DNA of 64,000 nt. It comes from an uncultured Candidatus Saccharibacteria bacterium. Its GTDB lineage: Bacteria > Patescibacteriota > Minisyncoccia > Phycocordibacterales > UBA2100. Location: positions 17,716 through 81,715 of the forward strand of contig CAZJEQ010000004.1 in the NCBI GenBank assembly GCA_964545165.1. The letters are read 5' to 3'. The notes beneath the pieces were generated by a model. That model did no database searches. It was not told the origin of the DNA and was given only the letters and a program-made list of their open reading frames with translations. A program made the position numbers and the translations under genes. Shown here piece by piece: positions 1 to 9,658 of the stretch (positions are counted from its first letter, which is position 1; each line of letters begins with the position of its first letter).

Positions 1-282
1 CCTATTAATTGGGGAGCGGCCGTTGCCTTTTATCTGGTCTTTACCATCGGTATGTACTACTTTGCCGTCCTTCCTGCGCACGCGAAGCACTCGCTCGCTG
101 CAGCCGCGCTCGCGGGCGCGCTCTACGGATTTTTCACGTATGCGACGTACGATCTGACGAACATGGCGACCTTAAAGGCGTGGCCACTTTCGATAACGCT
201 CATCGATATTGCATGGGGCGTATTCATCGGTGCTGCGCTCGCCTCTGCGGGGTACTTGCTGCTCGCATTTTTCTCTCGCTAG
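1..282 (+). CDS. membrane protein, C-terminal part (5' end lies outside the window)
   Basis: Open frame runs from position 1 with no stop; hydrophobic segments; stop codon at 280-282. Family not identified. Confidence 0.5.
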   Translation, partial: PINWGAAVAFYLVFTIGMYYFAVLPAHAKHSLAAAALAGALYGFFTYATYDLTNMATLKAWPLSITLIDIAWGVFIGAALASAGYLLLAFFSR

Positions 283-301
283 ATCGTGCAAGTAACAAAA
301 C

Positions 302-336
302 AAAAAGCGCCGATAAGGCGCTTTTTGTTTTTGTTC
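302..336. terminator. bidirectional rho-independent terminator
   Basis: AAAAAGCGCC-gataa-GGCGCTTTTT hairpin with flanking A and T runs, lying between convergent genes. Confidence 0.6.
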
Positions 337-341
337 ACTAT

Positions 342-509
342 TTACTGGGCGCCGTTCTCGCCGATGTTGATCTCGAGGCTAGCACCATCATCTTTCGCCA
401 TGCCCGGGCCGTATGTCTTGTACCACCACACGCCACCACCGACGAGGACCAAGAGCACTACGACAAGAAGGATCGTATTCACGTTGCTCGAATTATTATT
501 CATACGCAT
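342..509 (-). CDS. small membrane protein (55 aa)
   Basis: ATG..TAA ORF encoding MRMNNNSSNVNTILLVVVLLVLVGGGVWWYKTYGPGMAKDDGASLEINIGENGAQ with one TM helix; missing from the ORF track because it is under 60 aa; ends next to the terminator. Confidence 0.4.
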   Translation of the reverse strand: MRMNNNSSNVNTILLVVVLLVLVGGGVWWYKTYGPGMAKDDGASLEINIGENGAQ

Positions 510-543
510 TCAAAATTACTGCTATGCCAAAATCGTAGCACGC

Positions 544-1197
544 TTAGGCGCGGGCGAGTGCGATGAGTGAGACGTTCGCGCCAGCGCGGCGAAGCGGTGT
601 CGCGGCGTTGACCAGTGTCGCGCCCGTGGTGGTGACGTCGTCGATGAGAAAGACGTGTGCGTTTTTGAGGAGCGCAGGATCGGGCAAGGCGAACGCACCG
701 GCGACATTTGAGAGGCGCTCGGATCGATGGAGCCGTGTTTGCTGCTTGGTTGCCTTCGTGCGCATGAGTGCGTGCGGCATGAGCGTCGCCGTGGTTCCCG
801 TTTTGAAATCCGCTGGCAGTGCATTGAGGACCATCGCTATTTGATTGAAGCCGCGCTCTTTCTCGCGTGATCGGTGGAGTGGGACAGGGATAATCAGCAC
901 GGTCTTTTGTGAAAAGGCTTTGTGCGAGGCGATTTCTTCGGCCAGGTATTCTTCAAGCAATTTTGCGGCGATAGATGCGGCATGCACCGATCGATCGTAT
1001 TTGAGCGACCGGATGAGATCTTGCACCGACGGCTCGCGATACTCCATGAGTGTCACGATTTTCGCGCCAAGCAGCTCGTGCACGGACGGGGAGAGCGAGA
1101 AATCTACTGCTGTGCGCGATTGTGTGCGTGCGGCACGAGCACGCAGGGGGAGTATCGCATCGAGTACCAGCTCCAGCGCTCGCCAGAGTGCTTTCAT
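544..1197 (-). CDS. comF: ComF-family phosphoribosyltransferase (competence protein ComFC-like)
   Basis: C-terminal PRTase motif VFLIDDVTTTGATL; upstream Cys-rich region. The 355-aa track ORF is an artefact that overlaps the divergent pterin dehydratase gene; start taken at internal Met (MKALWRAL). Confidence 0.7.
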   Translation of the reverse strand: MKALWRALELVLDAILPLRARAARTQSRTAVDFSLSPSVHELLGAKIVTLMEYREPSVQDLIRSLKYDRSVHAASIAAKLLEEYLAEEIASHKAFSQKTVLIIPVPLHRSREKERGFNQIAMVLNALPADFKTGTTATLMPHALMRTKATKQQTRLHRSERLSNVAGAFALPDPALLKNAHVFLIDDVTTTGATLVNAATPLRRAGANVSLIALARA

Positions 1198-1230
1198 ATA
1201 CAGATAATAGTATCGCGCTATAATCCCGTC

Positions 1231-1557
1231 ATGACAGAACTCGCACAAAAGAAATGCGTCGCCTGCGAAGGTGGCACGAGTCCGCTTAATCGCACCGAAG
1301 CAGAAATACTGCTCAAACAGCTCAACGACTGGCGCCTCTCGGGCGATGCGCGCTGGATTTCCAAGGAATTCAAATTCAAGGATTTTGCAGAGGCGATGGC
1401 CTTTACCAACAAAGTCGCCGACATTGCCGAAAGCGAGGGGCACCATCCAGATCTTCAGGTGTCGTGGGGCAAAGTCGTCGTCGAGCTGACGACACACGCC
1501 ATCAAGGGTCTGAGCGAGAATGACTTCATCGTCGCCGCGAAAGTTGACGAGTTGTAA
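1231..1557 (+). CDS. pterin-4-alpha-carbinolamine dehydratase
   Basis: MTELAQKKCVACEG...GHHPDLQVSWGKVVVELTTHA, the PCD/DCoH signature; TATAAT at 1219-1224 lies 6 nt upstream of the ATG (leaderless). Confidence 0.8.
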   Translation: MTELAQKKCVACEGGTSPLNRTEAEILLKQLNDWRLSGDARWISKEFKFKDFAEAMAFTNKVADIAESEGHHPDLQVSWGKVVVELTTHAIKGLSENDFIVAAKVDEL

Positions 1558-1635
1558 GAATGCCCACATAAATACGACAGCTGCGGCAAAAGCTGGATTT
1601 CCCAGATACACCAGCGGCGTGGAAAGGGCTACATC

Positions 1636-2145
1636 ATGGCGCCTCTCTCTACCTCAGCGCAGACCAGTCGTCTGTCGATCCTGAGGCTGATTGGTTCGGT
1701 CACGATCGTTCTCGGCGAGGACCTCGATCCAGAGACCTTCTTTCGTACAAGGGACTTGTTCGTGTCAGATGAATTCCTAAACAGGGTTGTTCCAAAGGCG
1801 CGACGCGTGCCGGCCGGCACGACCTTTACGGTCGACATCGCTGTCATCGGTCGTGAAGCTGCGGATGGGGTGACCGACCAGGAGATCAAAAGCGCGCTGC
1901 CGAGCAACTACCTGTTCGACGAGACGCAGCTTTGCGCGGTCATCGCGGGACTGATTGCGATGCGGTCTTGGGGTGAAGCAGATACCTGGTGGAAGAACAT
2001 GTACAGCAACTTTCTGTACACCGATTCCGGCGTCGCCAGCATCATGTGGGCCGAGGGTCGCGGTCGCAGTCGTCACGTCGACCTGTGGGAATACAACGAT
2101 CGCAAACGGCGCCCTGGTTGTCGGGTACTCAAGCTTGCCGGATGA
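1636..2145 (+). CDS. hypothetical protein
   Basis: 169-aa ORF with genome-typical codon usage; GGAAAGGG Shine-Dalgarno 8 nt upstream; the antisense ORF looks like junk. Confidence 0.5.
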   Translation: MAPLSTSAQTSRLSILRLIGSVTIVLGEDLDPETFFRTRDLFVSDEFLNRVVPKARRVPAGTTFTVDIAVIGREAADGVTDQEIKSALPSNYLFDETQLCAVIAGLIAMRSWGEADTWWKNMYSNFLYTDSGVASIMWAEGRGRSRHVDLWEYNDRKRRPGCRVLKLAG

Positions 2146-2269
2146 TAAAGCGCTGCAACCATGTCGGCCTGCGGCAGACAGGATCCTCGGGCCTCCACCG
2201 CGTGTGCCCGAGGATTTTTTATGACGTTCCATCATCTAGTGATGCGAGCGGGTGGTATAATTTTGCTCA

Positions 2270-3421
2270 ATGGCGTTCTCCTTGAGCAATTTATTGAAAA
2301 ACATCCCCGGTGTCGGGGGCGGCGGAGGAGAAACGAGCGTGCTGGGCATCGATATCGGTGCCTCGAGTGCCAAAATCGTGCAGCTTCGCGCGGCGCGCGG
2401 CGTCGCCGTCTTGGAGACCTATGGCGAAATCGCGCTCGGTCCCTACGCAGAGCAGCCGATCGGCAAGGCAGTGAAGCTCTCCCCCGAGAAACAGGCGGAA
2501 GCACTGAAGGATCTCATGCGCGAAGCCAATGTGACCTCACGTTCTGCGGGCGTCTCCATCCCATTTTCTGCGAGCCTCGTGTCGGTACTTGAGTTGCCAC
2601 CCGCGGATAGCGAGTCGCTCAAGCGCATCGTCCCCATTGAAGCCCGCAAATACATTCCTGTGCCTGTCTCGGAGGTCTCACTCGACTGGTTTGTGATTCC
2701 TCACGAAGAGGGGACGGACTCGGCATTTGATCAGCTACAAGACAAGTCCACGATGCGTGCTCGCGGTCAGGAGATCCTGCTCGTGGCCATTCAAAATGCC
2801 ACGCTCAAGGCGTTTCAATCGATCATGAACGGGCTCGGCGTGAGTGCGAGCTTCTATGAAATGGAAATATTCGGCACGATGCGCTCGTGTCTGTCGCACG
2901 GACTCGCTCCCGTGTGCATCGTTGATCTCGGCGCCTCGACTACCAAGATGTATATCGTCGAGCGCGGTGTTGTGCGCATGACGCACCTTCTCTCGGTGGG
3001 TGGTCAGCAGATGACCGAGACCTTGGCGCGTTCGATGAGCTGGGAATTTGATAAGGCAGAGCGCGAAAAGCGTGAACGCGGGCTGGTGCCGACCGACTCG
3101 TTTAGTCAGGAAGAGAACGATCGCATTCGTGAAGCGCTGTTATCAACACTCACGCGAGTGTGTGGAGAGGTGAATCGAGTACTATTGAGTTACGGGCAGC
3201 GATACAACAAGAATGTCTCGAGCGTCGTTTTGACCGGAGGCGGGTCAGCGCTACCCGGCATCGCAGGAGCCACGAAAAGCCTCTTGAGCGCGGAGGTGAC
3301 CATAGCGGACCCGTTTTCAAAGACCGAAGCACCGGCGTTCCTTGCCAAAGTCCTCTCCGGAATCGGCCCAACCTTTGCGGTAGCCGTCGGACTCGCACTC
3401 AGAAAGCTCAAACAAAACTGA
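2270..3421 (+). CDS. pilM: type IV pilus assembly protein PilM (actin-like ATPase fold)
   Basis: GIDIGASSAKIVQL... and VDLGASTTKMYIVE actin-like motifs; first gene of the pilMNO set; TATAAT 8 nt before the ATG. Confidence 0.85.
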   Translation: MAFSLSNLLKNIPGVGGGGGETSVLGIDIGASSAKIVQLRAARGVAVLETYGEIALGPYAEQPIGKAVKLSPEKQAEALKDLMREANVTSRSAGVSIPFSASLVSVLELPPADSESLKRIVPIEARKYIPVPVSEVSLDWFVIPHEEGTDSAFDQLQDKSTMRARGQEILLVAIQNATLKAFQSIMNGLGVSASFYEMEIFGTMRSCLSHGLAPVCIVDLGASTTKMYIVERGVVRMTHLLSVGGQQMTETLARSMSWEFDKAEREKRERGLVPTDSFSQEENDRIREALLSTLTRVCGEVNRVLLSYGQRYNKNVSSVVLTGGGSALPGIAGATKSLLSAEVTIADPFSKTEAPAFLAKVLSGIGPTFAVAVGLALRKLKQN

Positions 3422-3437
3422 TCTACGCATACTTTTT

Positions 3438-4199
3438 ATGGAAAGCGGCATTCAATCATCATTCATCCCACAAGACGCGGGGAAGGTCACCGTCTCACCC
3501 CGGCAGCCGAAAGGCGGTGGTCTCGGGGATTTAATGTTTTTGATTGCGATTGTGTTGTTTGTGGTCTCGATTGCGCTCGCGGGCGCTGTCTTTCTCTACA
3601 ATCAGTATCTCGGGACGAGCGTGACCTCAAAAGTCGAGCAGTTGAAGAGTGCGCGCGAAGCATTCGAGCCGGCACTCATTCAGCAGCTCACTCGTTTGGA
3701 TGATCGTATGCGCGCAGCGGACAGCGTGCTCTCGGTGCACATGGCACCGACGGCATTCTTTCTCGCACTCTCGCAAGTGACGCTCACCAACGTGTCCTTC
3801 CGAAGCATTGATCTTGATGCGAGCGACCCCAAGAAGATTACCGTCAAGATGCCGGGCGTTGCGCAGAGCGTGAATTCCATTGCGCTTCAAGCGGATCTCA
3901 TGAGCAAAAACGGCGTCGTCACGAATCCTATTTTCTCCAACATCTCACGACAAGCAGATGGGGTGCACTTCGACATGACGGCGCACATCAATCCTGCAGC
4001 AGTTAATTTCGTATCGCTCGTTGGTGCTGCCACTCGTGCACTCGCTCCGCAGCAGACTGAGGTATCAGGACAAGGCGTGTCGCCTTTTGAACAGCAAGCA
4101 GCAACGCCTGATGCAGCGACACAAACGCAGGCGCAAACACCGACACCGACGACCGAGACAGGGGATACTTCGGGTGCGAGCCCCTTCACCAATCAATAA
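3438..4199 (+). CDS. pilN: PilN-like pilus assembly protein (single TM, periplasmic domain, Thr/Pro-rich tail)
   Basis: N-terminal TM helix; position after pilM; coiled region. Confidence 0.7.
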   Translation: MESGIQSSFIPQDAGKVTVSPRQPKGGGLGDLMFLIAIVLFVVSIALAGAVFLYNQYLGTSVTSKVEQLKSAREAFEPALIQQLTRLDDRMRAADSVLSVHMAPTAFFLALSQVTLTNVSFRSIDLDASDPKKITVKMPGVAQSVNSIALQADLMSKNGVVTNPIFSNISRQADGVHFDMTAHINPAAVNFVSLVGAATRALAPQQTEVSGQGVSPFEQQAATPDAATQTQAQTPTPTTETGDTSGASPFTNQ

Positions 4200-4201
4200 C
4201 T

Positions 4202-4777
4202 ATGACGCGCACCATCGTATCGTTCATCGCACTCATCGCCGCAGCGGGTGTGTTCTTTGGGTACACGAAGCCGGCGTATGACTCTTCCAGCGCGGTACGC
4301 GGGCAAATCGCTGAATACGACACGGCGCTCTCGAAGGCGAGCGAATTGCAGGCGCTCAAACAAAACCTCCTCGGGCGATACAACTCGTTTAATCCGGCAG
4401 ATATCGAGCGCCTCCAAAAGCTCTTGCCTGACCATGTCGACAATGTCCGACTCATCCTTGATCTGGACAATCTTGCGGGTCGCCATGGTCTCGCGCTCCA
4501 GAATGTCGCGGTCTCCGCGCCGCAGACGGCGAGCGATTCGCAGACTGCTGCTGGATCAATCTCGTCGTCCAAGCAGCGCTACGATTCACTGACGCTGAAA
4601 TTCACCACCGTCGCGACGTACGACACCTTCCTACAGCTGCTCGCCGATCTCGAATCCTCGCTTCGTATCGTCGATCTCGTGTCGTTGCGCCTCGCGCCCG
4701 CTTCGGGTACGGAGTCGCGCTCCGCGCAGCCGCTCTACACGTACGACATTACTATCCGTACCTATTGGCTCAAATAA
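4202..4777 (+). CDS. pilO: PilO-like pilus assembly protein
   Basis: N-terminal TM helix; position after pilN; typical size. Confidence 0.65.
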   Translation: MTRTIVSFIALIAAAGVFFGYTKPAYDSSSAVRGQIAEYDTALSKASELQALKQNLLGRYNSFNPADIERLQKLLPDHVDNVRLILDLDNLAGRHGLALQNVAVSAPQTASDSQTAAGSISSSKQRYDSLTLKFTTVATYDTFLQLLADLESSLRIVDLVSLRLAPASGTESRSAQPLYTYDITIRTYWLK

Positions 4778-4781
4778 CCAT

Positions 4782-5135
4782 ATGCAGTGGATCAAGACAC
4801 ACCTGCTCCTCTTCATCGGCATCGTCGTCGTGGTGGCGGGTGCCATGTGGTACGGACTTACACAAAACGCAACGCCGACGCCGGTGTTAACGACGGTGAC
4901 GACCTCGGGATCACCGACGCAAGAGAGTGCCGATCAGGAACTTGTCGCGACACTCTTGACGCTTCGCGCCGTGACGCTCTCGGGTACGATTTTTCAAGAT
5001 CCGGCATTCGTAACGTTGCGCGATTTCGGTACGACCATCGTCGCGGAACCGATTGGTCGTCAAAATCCATTCGCACCACTTGGCAGCCGCACTACAGGTA
5101 CCACCGCATCCACGACCGGAGGCACTCAACGCTAA
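4782..5135 (+). CDS. small membrane protein in the pilus operon (PilP-like position)
   Basis: TM helix plus Thr-rich linker; its stop codon abuts the pilB start. Confidence 0.5.
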   Translation: MQWIKTHLLLFIGIVVVVAGAMWYGLTQNATPTPVLTTVTTSGSPTQESADQELVATLLTLRAVTLSGTIFQDPAFVTLRDFGTTIVAEPIGRQNPFAPLGSRTTGTTASTTGGTQR

Positions 5136-5139
5136 GAGT

Positions 5140-6798
5140 ATGGCGGGGGATGACGAAACACAGGTCGAGGTGCCAGTGCGCACTATCGGCGATACAAAGA
5201 TTCCATACGACGTGCTCAAGGTCGTGCCCGAAGAGAGCGCGGCGCACTACGGGCTCGCGCCACTGGGTATCGTCGACGAGTGCCTTGAGATCGGTATGCT
5301 CGATCCCGGCAACATTGAGGCGATAGACGCGCTCAATTTCATTTCGCGCACCTCCGGATTGCCCTACAAGATCTTCAAAATTACCAAAGAGGATTTCGAG
5401 CGCGTGCTGACCATGTATCGCGGTTTGCGCGGCGAGGTGGCGCAGGCGGTCTCGGATCTCGCGACAGAGACGAAGCCCGAGACACCGCAGAAGCCGCAGA
5501 GCGAGACGCCGCGACTCGATATCGACAGTCCGACGCTCTCTGCGGGTGCCGCCATTCAGGAAGATGCACCGGCGATCAAGATTGTGTCTACGATTTTGCG
5601 CTATGCGATCGATGGGAAGGCGTCAGATATTCACATCGAGCCGCTCCCTGCAGGTGTGCGTGTGCGTTATCGCGTCGACGGTGATTTGCATACATCGGTG
5701 GTACTCCCGCTCACTACGCATCGCGCTATCGTCGCTCGTATCAAGGTGCTTTCTTCCATCCGCCTCGACGAGAGCAGAAAGCCACAAGACGGTCGTTTCT
5801 CGGCGACGATCGATAATCGTCAGATCGACTTCCGTGTTTCGACCTTCCCCTCGTATAGCGGCGAGAAAGTCGTGCTCCGTATTCTTGATCGCGAGCAGGG
5901 CTTCATACCCCTCGACCAGATTGGACTCACTCCCGCGCACTTGGCGACGCTGCGCCGTGCGATTAATCGACCGAATGGCCTCATTCTCATCTCCGGTCCA
6001 ACCGGATCGGGTAAATCAACGACACTCTATTCACTGCTCTCGGAGCTTGATCGTGAACACAAAAACGTCCTCTCGCTGGAAGATCCGATCGAGTATTTCA
6101 TCGACGGCATTATTCAATCGCAGGTACACCCGGAAATCGGGTACACCTTTGCCTCGGGTCTGCGCACGACACTTCGTCAGGATCCGGATGTGATCATGGT
6201 CGGCGAAATCCGCGATGGCGAAACAGCGAAGCTTGCGATCCAGGCGGCGCTCACCGGTCACCTCGTACTCTCGACGATTCACACCAACGACGCGATTGGT
6301 ACGATTCCACGCCTCATCGACATGGGTGTCGAGCCGTACCTCATCCCGCCGGTCTTGGTGTGCTCAATTGCTCAGCGCCTCGTGCGTACCTTCTGTCCGG
6401 GTGCCGAAAAAGAAATTGAGCTTTCCGTAAGTGAACAAGAAGAGATCCGTGCAAATATGGAAACATTGCCGGCGAGCGCGCGATTCCCGGTGCCGACGAA
6501 GGCGTGGGAAGCGGTGAAGCTCCCGACCTGTCCGACTGGTATGCGCGGTCGTATGGCGGTATTTGAGATTCTCGAAATGAATCCCGAGATTGAGCGCATC
6601 GTGCTCTCGAATCCGGTGGAGTCCAAGCTCTGGGCCAAGGCGCGATCGCAGGGCATGCTCACCATGCGCGAAGACGCGATTCTCAAAGCGCTCGATAAGA
6701 AGGTGCCGTTTGCGGAAGTGAATACGTTGCGCACCCTGAGTCTGCCCGAAGAAGAAAAAGAAGAAGTGGAGAAGCCTGCTCCTGCACCTGCGGTATGA
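5140..6798 (+). CDS. pilB: type IV pilus assembly ATPase PilB (GspE family)
   Basis: GSPII_E N-terminal domain; Walker A GPTGSGKST; Asp and His boxes; tetracysteine motif. The track ORF is longer; start set at ATG 5140 immediately after the upstream stop. Confidence 0.9.
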   Translation: MAGDDETQVEVPVRTIGDTKIPYDVLKVVPEESAAHYGLAPLGIVDECLEIGMLDPGNIEAIDALNFISRTSGLPYKIFKITKEDFERVLTMYRGLRGEVAQAVSDLATETKPETPQKPQSETPRLDIDSPTLSAGAAIQEDAPAIKIVSTILRYAIDGKASDIHIEPLPAGVRVRYRVDGDLHTSVVLPLTTHRAIVARIKVLSSIRLDESRKPQDGRFSATIDNRQIDFRVSTFPSYSGEKVVLRILDREQGFIPLDQIGLTPAHLATLRRAINRPNGLILISGPTGSGKSTTLYSLLSELDREHKNVLSLEDPIEYFIDGIIQSQVHPEIGYTFASGLRTTLRQDPDVIMVGEIRDGETAKLAIQAALTGHLVLSTIHTNDAIGTIPRLIDMGVEPYLIPPVLVCSIAQRLVRTFCPGAEKEIELSVSEQEEIRANMETLPASARFPVPTKAWEAVKLPTCPTGMRGRMAVFEILEMNPEIERIVLSNPVESKLWAKARSQGMLTMREDAILKALDKKVPFAEVNTLRTLSLPEEEKEEVEKPAPAPAV

Positions 6799-7190
6799 CG
6801 CACACACCACCTACCATACTGCTCGTTGATGACGACAAGTTCCTCCTCGACATGTACGCGATGAAATTCTCGAAAGGCGGCTTTGAGGTGCACGCCTGTC
6901 TGTCCGTCAAAGAGGCGCTCGATGTGCTGAAGCACGGTTTTGATGCTGATGCGATCGTCTTTGATCTCACGATGCCAGAGATGGACGGGTATGCGCTCCT
7001 CCAGGCACTCCGCGATCAGAAACTAGGCGCGGGGGCGAAGAAAATTGTGCTCTCGAACCAGGCGACCGATGCGGAGAAAGCGAAGGCGATGGAGCTTGGC
7101 GCGGAAGAATTTTTGGTGAAAGCAACGATGATCCCGTCAGAAGTGGTTGCCAAGGTGAGCACCATCCTCGGTGTCGCCGTGCCTGCATAA
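6795..7190 (+). CDS. single-domain response regulator (CheY-like receiver, PilH/PilG-like)
   Basis: LLVDDD...D-LTMPEMDG...K receiver motifs; ATGA overlap with the pilB stop codon. Confidence 0.8.
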   Translation: MTHTPPTILLVDDDKFLLDMYAMKFSKGGFEVHACLSVKEALDVLKHGFDADAIVFDLTMPEMDGYALLQALRDQKLGAGAKKIVLSNQATDAEKAKAMELGAEEFLVKATMIPSEVVAKVSTILGVAVPA

Positions 7191-7257
7191 ACTTACACAC
7201 AATCAACGTGCGCTATCGAGGACGTGCACGGTATAATAATGCGACGATAGAGGCTCT

Positions 7258-8319
7258 ATGGATTACGCGGCACAACTCAAAAAGTATCTCAACATCGTCA
7301 TGCACGAAGGTGCGTCTGATTTGCACCTCTCGAGTGGTGCACACCCGACCATACGTGTCGCGGGGCAGTTGACGCCGATGCTTAAGGAAGAGGTCTTGAA
7401 ATCCGAAGATACCAAGGGCTACCTCCATGCGCTCATCTCGCCAGACAAAGAGGCGCGCTTTATGACGACACAGGAGGTTGATTTCTCATACCAGAGTGAA
7501 GACGGACAGCGATTCCGTGGCAATGCGTATTTTGAACGCGGCTCCATCTCCATTGCGCTTCGCGTCATCCCCAAGGTCATCAAGACTGTGCAGGAGCTCA
7601 ACCTGCCGGAAGTGCTCACCTCGTTTGCGCGTCGCAGCCAGGGCTTTTTCCTCGTGGTCGGCCCGGTGGGGCAGGGGAAGACCACGACACTCGCGGCACT
7701 CATCGAGATGATCAACACCGAGCGCATGGAGCATATCGTGACCATCGAAGATCCGATCGAATATCTCTTTGAGCCGAAGCAATCGCTCATCGATCAGCGC
7801 GAGGTCAAAATCGATACCAAGGATTTCCAGACGGCGCTCACCAGTGCCTTCCGTCAAGATATCGACGTGCTTTTGGTCGGGGAGATGCGCGAGCATGAGA
7901 CGATGGCAGCAGCAGTCACTGCCGCTGAGACCGGACACCTCGTCTTCTCCACGATGCACACCAACGACGCGGCACAGACAGTCGAGCGCATTATCGACAC
8001 CTTCCCGGCTGGTCAGCAGGACCAAATTCGCTTACAGCTCTCCGCGTCGCTCGCGGGCATCTTCAGTCAGCGCCTCGTGCCGCGTATTTCGGGTGGGCTC
8101 ATCCCTGCGTGCGAGCTCCTCATCAATACCAAAGCGGTGGCTAACCTCATCCGCGAGAAACGCACCCATGAATTGAACACCGTCATCGAGACGGGCTCAT
8201 CCGAGGGCATGATCGATATGAATCGTTCGCTCGCCGAGCTCGTCAATCGTGGCGAGATTACGCAGGAGACCGCGTATGCGCACAGCCTCAATCCCAACAT
8301 TCTCCAGAAGCTCATCTAA
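7258..8319 (+). CDS. pilT: twitching-motility (pilus retraction) ATPase PilT
   Basis: Walker A GPVGQGKTT; the PilT-specific AIRNLIRE-like motif (AVANLIREK). Confidence 0.9.
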   Translation: MDYAAQLKKYLNIVMHEGASDLHLSSGAHPTIRVAGQLTPMLKEEVLKSEDTKGYLHALISPDKEARFMTTQEVDFSYQSEDGQRFRGNAYFERGSISIALRVIPKVIKTVQELNLPEVLTSFARRSQGFFLVVGPVGQGKTTTLAALIEMINTERMEHIVTIEDPIEYLFEPKQSLIDQREVKIDTKDFQTALTSAFRQDIDVLLVGEMREHETMAAAVTAAETGHLVFSTMHTNDAAQTVERIIDTFPAGQQDQIRLQLSASLAGIFSQRLVPRISGGLIPACELLINTKAVANLIREKRTHELNTVIETGSSEGMIDMNRSLAELVNRGEITQETAYAHSLNPNILQKLI

Positions 8320-8322
8320 TCT

Positions 8323-9534
8323 ATGGCTGTCTTCAACTACACCGCGCTCGACCAGGAGGGCAACAAGCGCGAAGGATCGATCGATGCGATCAACATGGAC
8401 GTGGCCATCGCGGCGCTGCAACGTCGCGGCCTTATCATTTCGCAGATAGACGAGCCCGCAGAAAAGCGCTCAGGACTCTCCAAGCAGATCACTTTTTTCA
8501 GCGGCGTGAAGAACGCCGATGTGGTGATGCTCTCGCGTCAAATCACCACACTCTTCGAGGCGCAGGTCTCAGCGTTGCGCGCCTTCCGCCTCCTCGCTTC
8601 TGAGGCACGCACGCCTGTTCTGGGCGACAAGCTCACCGAAATCGCCAACGACATTCAGAGTGGCTCGCCGATTTCGGTCGCGCTCGGCAAGCAGCCGGAC
8701 ATGTTTAGTCCCTTCTACGTCAACATGGTCCGTGCAGGCGAAGAGTCAGGCAAGCTCGATGAAACCTTTGCCTTCCTGGCCGATTATCTTGATCGCAACT
8801 ACGAAATCACCCAGAAGGCTAAGAATGCTTTGATCTATCCGGCCTTTATCTTCTCGACATTTCTGGTCGTGATGGGCCTCATGCTCACCTTTATTATTCC
8901 AAATCTCGCGGAAATGCTTCAGGGAACAGGGCAGGCAATTCCGATCTACACAAGAATCGTCATCGGACTCTCTGACTTTATTCGTCATTACATACTGCTC
9001 ATTTTGATTGCACTCGTCGGTGGCGGCGTCTTCTTCTACCGCTACGGCAAGACCGCCCCAGGACGTGCGATGCTCTCGCGTGCACGACTCGAGACACCGG
9101 TCATTGGCGGCATCTACCAGAAGATCTTTCTCTCGCGCATCGCCGACAACCTCTCCACCATGCTCAAGAGCGGTATTCAGGTATTGCGTGGCATTGAAAT
9201 CACTGCCACGGTCGTGGAGGATGCGACATACGAACGCATTTTGAAGAGTGCCGCAGAGGACGTGAAGGCGGGCCTACCCGTTTCCGAGGCGCTCCGAAAA
9301 TACCCGGAAATGCCCGGTATTGTCGTCGCGATGATGAAAATCGGTGAAGAGACCGGCAACATGGGAGAGATTCTCGAGACCATGGCGCGCTTTTACCGTC
9401 GCGAAGTAAATAACGCCGTCGACACGATGGTGGATCTCATCGAGCCGGTGATGATCGTCGCGCTTGCTGTCGGCGTCGCCACGCTGCTCGCATCGGTTTT
9501 GGTGCCAATCTACAACATCGCCTCCGGCTTTTGA
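8323..9534 (+). CDS. pilC: type IV pilus platform protein PilC (GspF family)
   Basis: Two T2SS-F domains; three TM helices. Confidence 0.9.
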   Translation: MAVFNYTALDQEGNKREGSIDAINMDVAIAALQRRGLIISQIDEPAEKRSGLSKQITFFSGVKNADVVMLSRQITTLFEAQVSALRAFRLLASEARTPVLGDKLTEIANDIQSGSPISVALGKQPDMFSPFYVNMVRAGEESGKLDETFAFLADYLDRNYEITQKAKNALIYPAFIFSTFLVVMGLMLTFIIPNLAEMLQGTGQAIPIYTRIVIGLSDFIRHYILLILIALVGGGVFFYRYGKTAPGRAMLSRARLETPVIGGIYQKIFLSRIADNLSTMLKSGIQVLRGIEITATVVEDATYERILKSAAEDVKAGLPVSEALRKYPEMPGIVVAMMKIGEETGNMGEILETMARFYRREVNNAVDTMVDLIEPVMIVALAVGVATLLASVLVPIYNIASGF

Positions 9535-9658
9535 CCCCGCCCTAGAGGCTCGCCGCACCGCGGGCCGACGAGCGTTGTTATCCACATGATGGGACGCCGG
9601 AAGAGCGTGAAGCGGTACAATGTCGATACTTATAAACTATTTCATTTTGCCCCTATAT

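Noticed and set aside
544-1611. 355-aa minus-strand ORF in the track
   Set aside because: Its N-terminal 138 aa overlap the well-supported pterin dehydratase gene on the opposite strand and have junk composition. The ComF gene starts at the internal Met (1197).
1777-2235. Antisense ORFs (1777-2235, 35388-36113, 46499-47020, 18251-18766, 9..566, 522..824 and others)
   Set aside because: Their composition is Arg/Ser/Pro-rich and low-complexity, as expected for the antisense of high-GC coding sequence. The sense partner has a recognisable family or better codon usage.
9535-9658. Sigma54-type promoter upstream of the pilin gene (TGGGAC-N5)
   Set aside because: The -12 element does not match (AAGAG versus TTGCA). 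Only a weak hairpin and A/T-rich -10-like hexamers are present.
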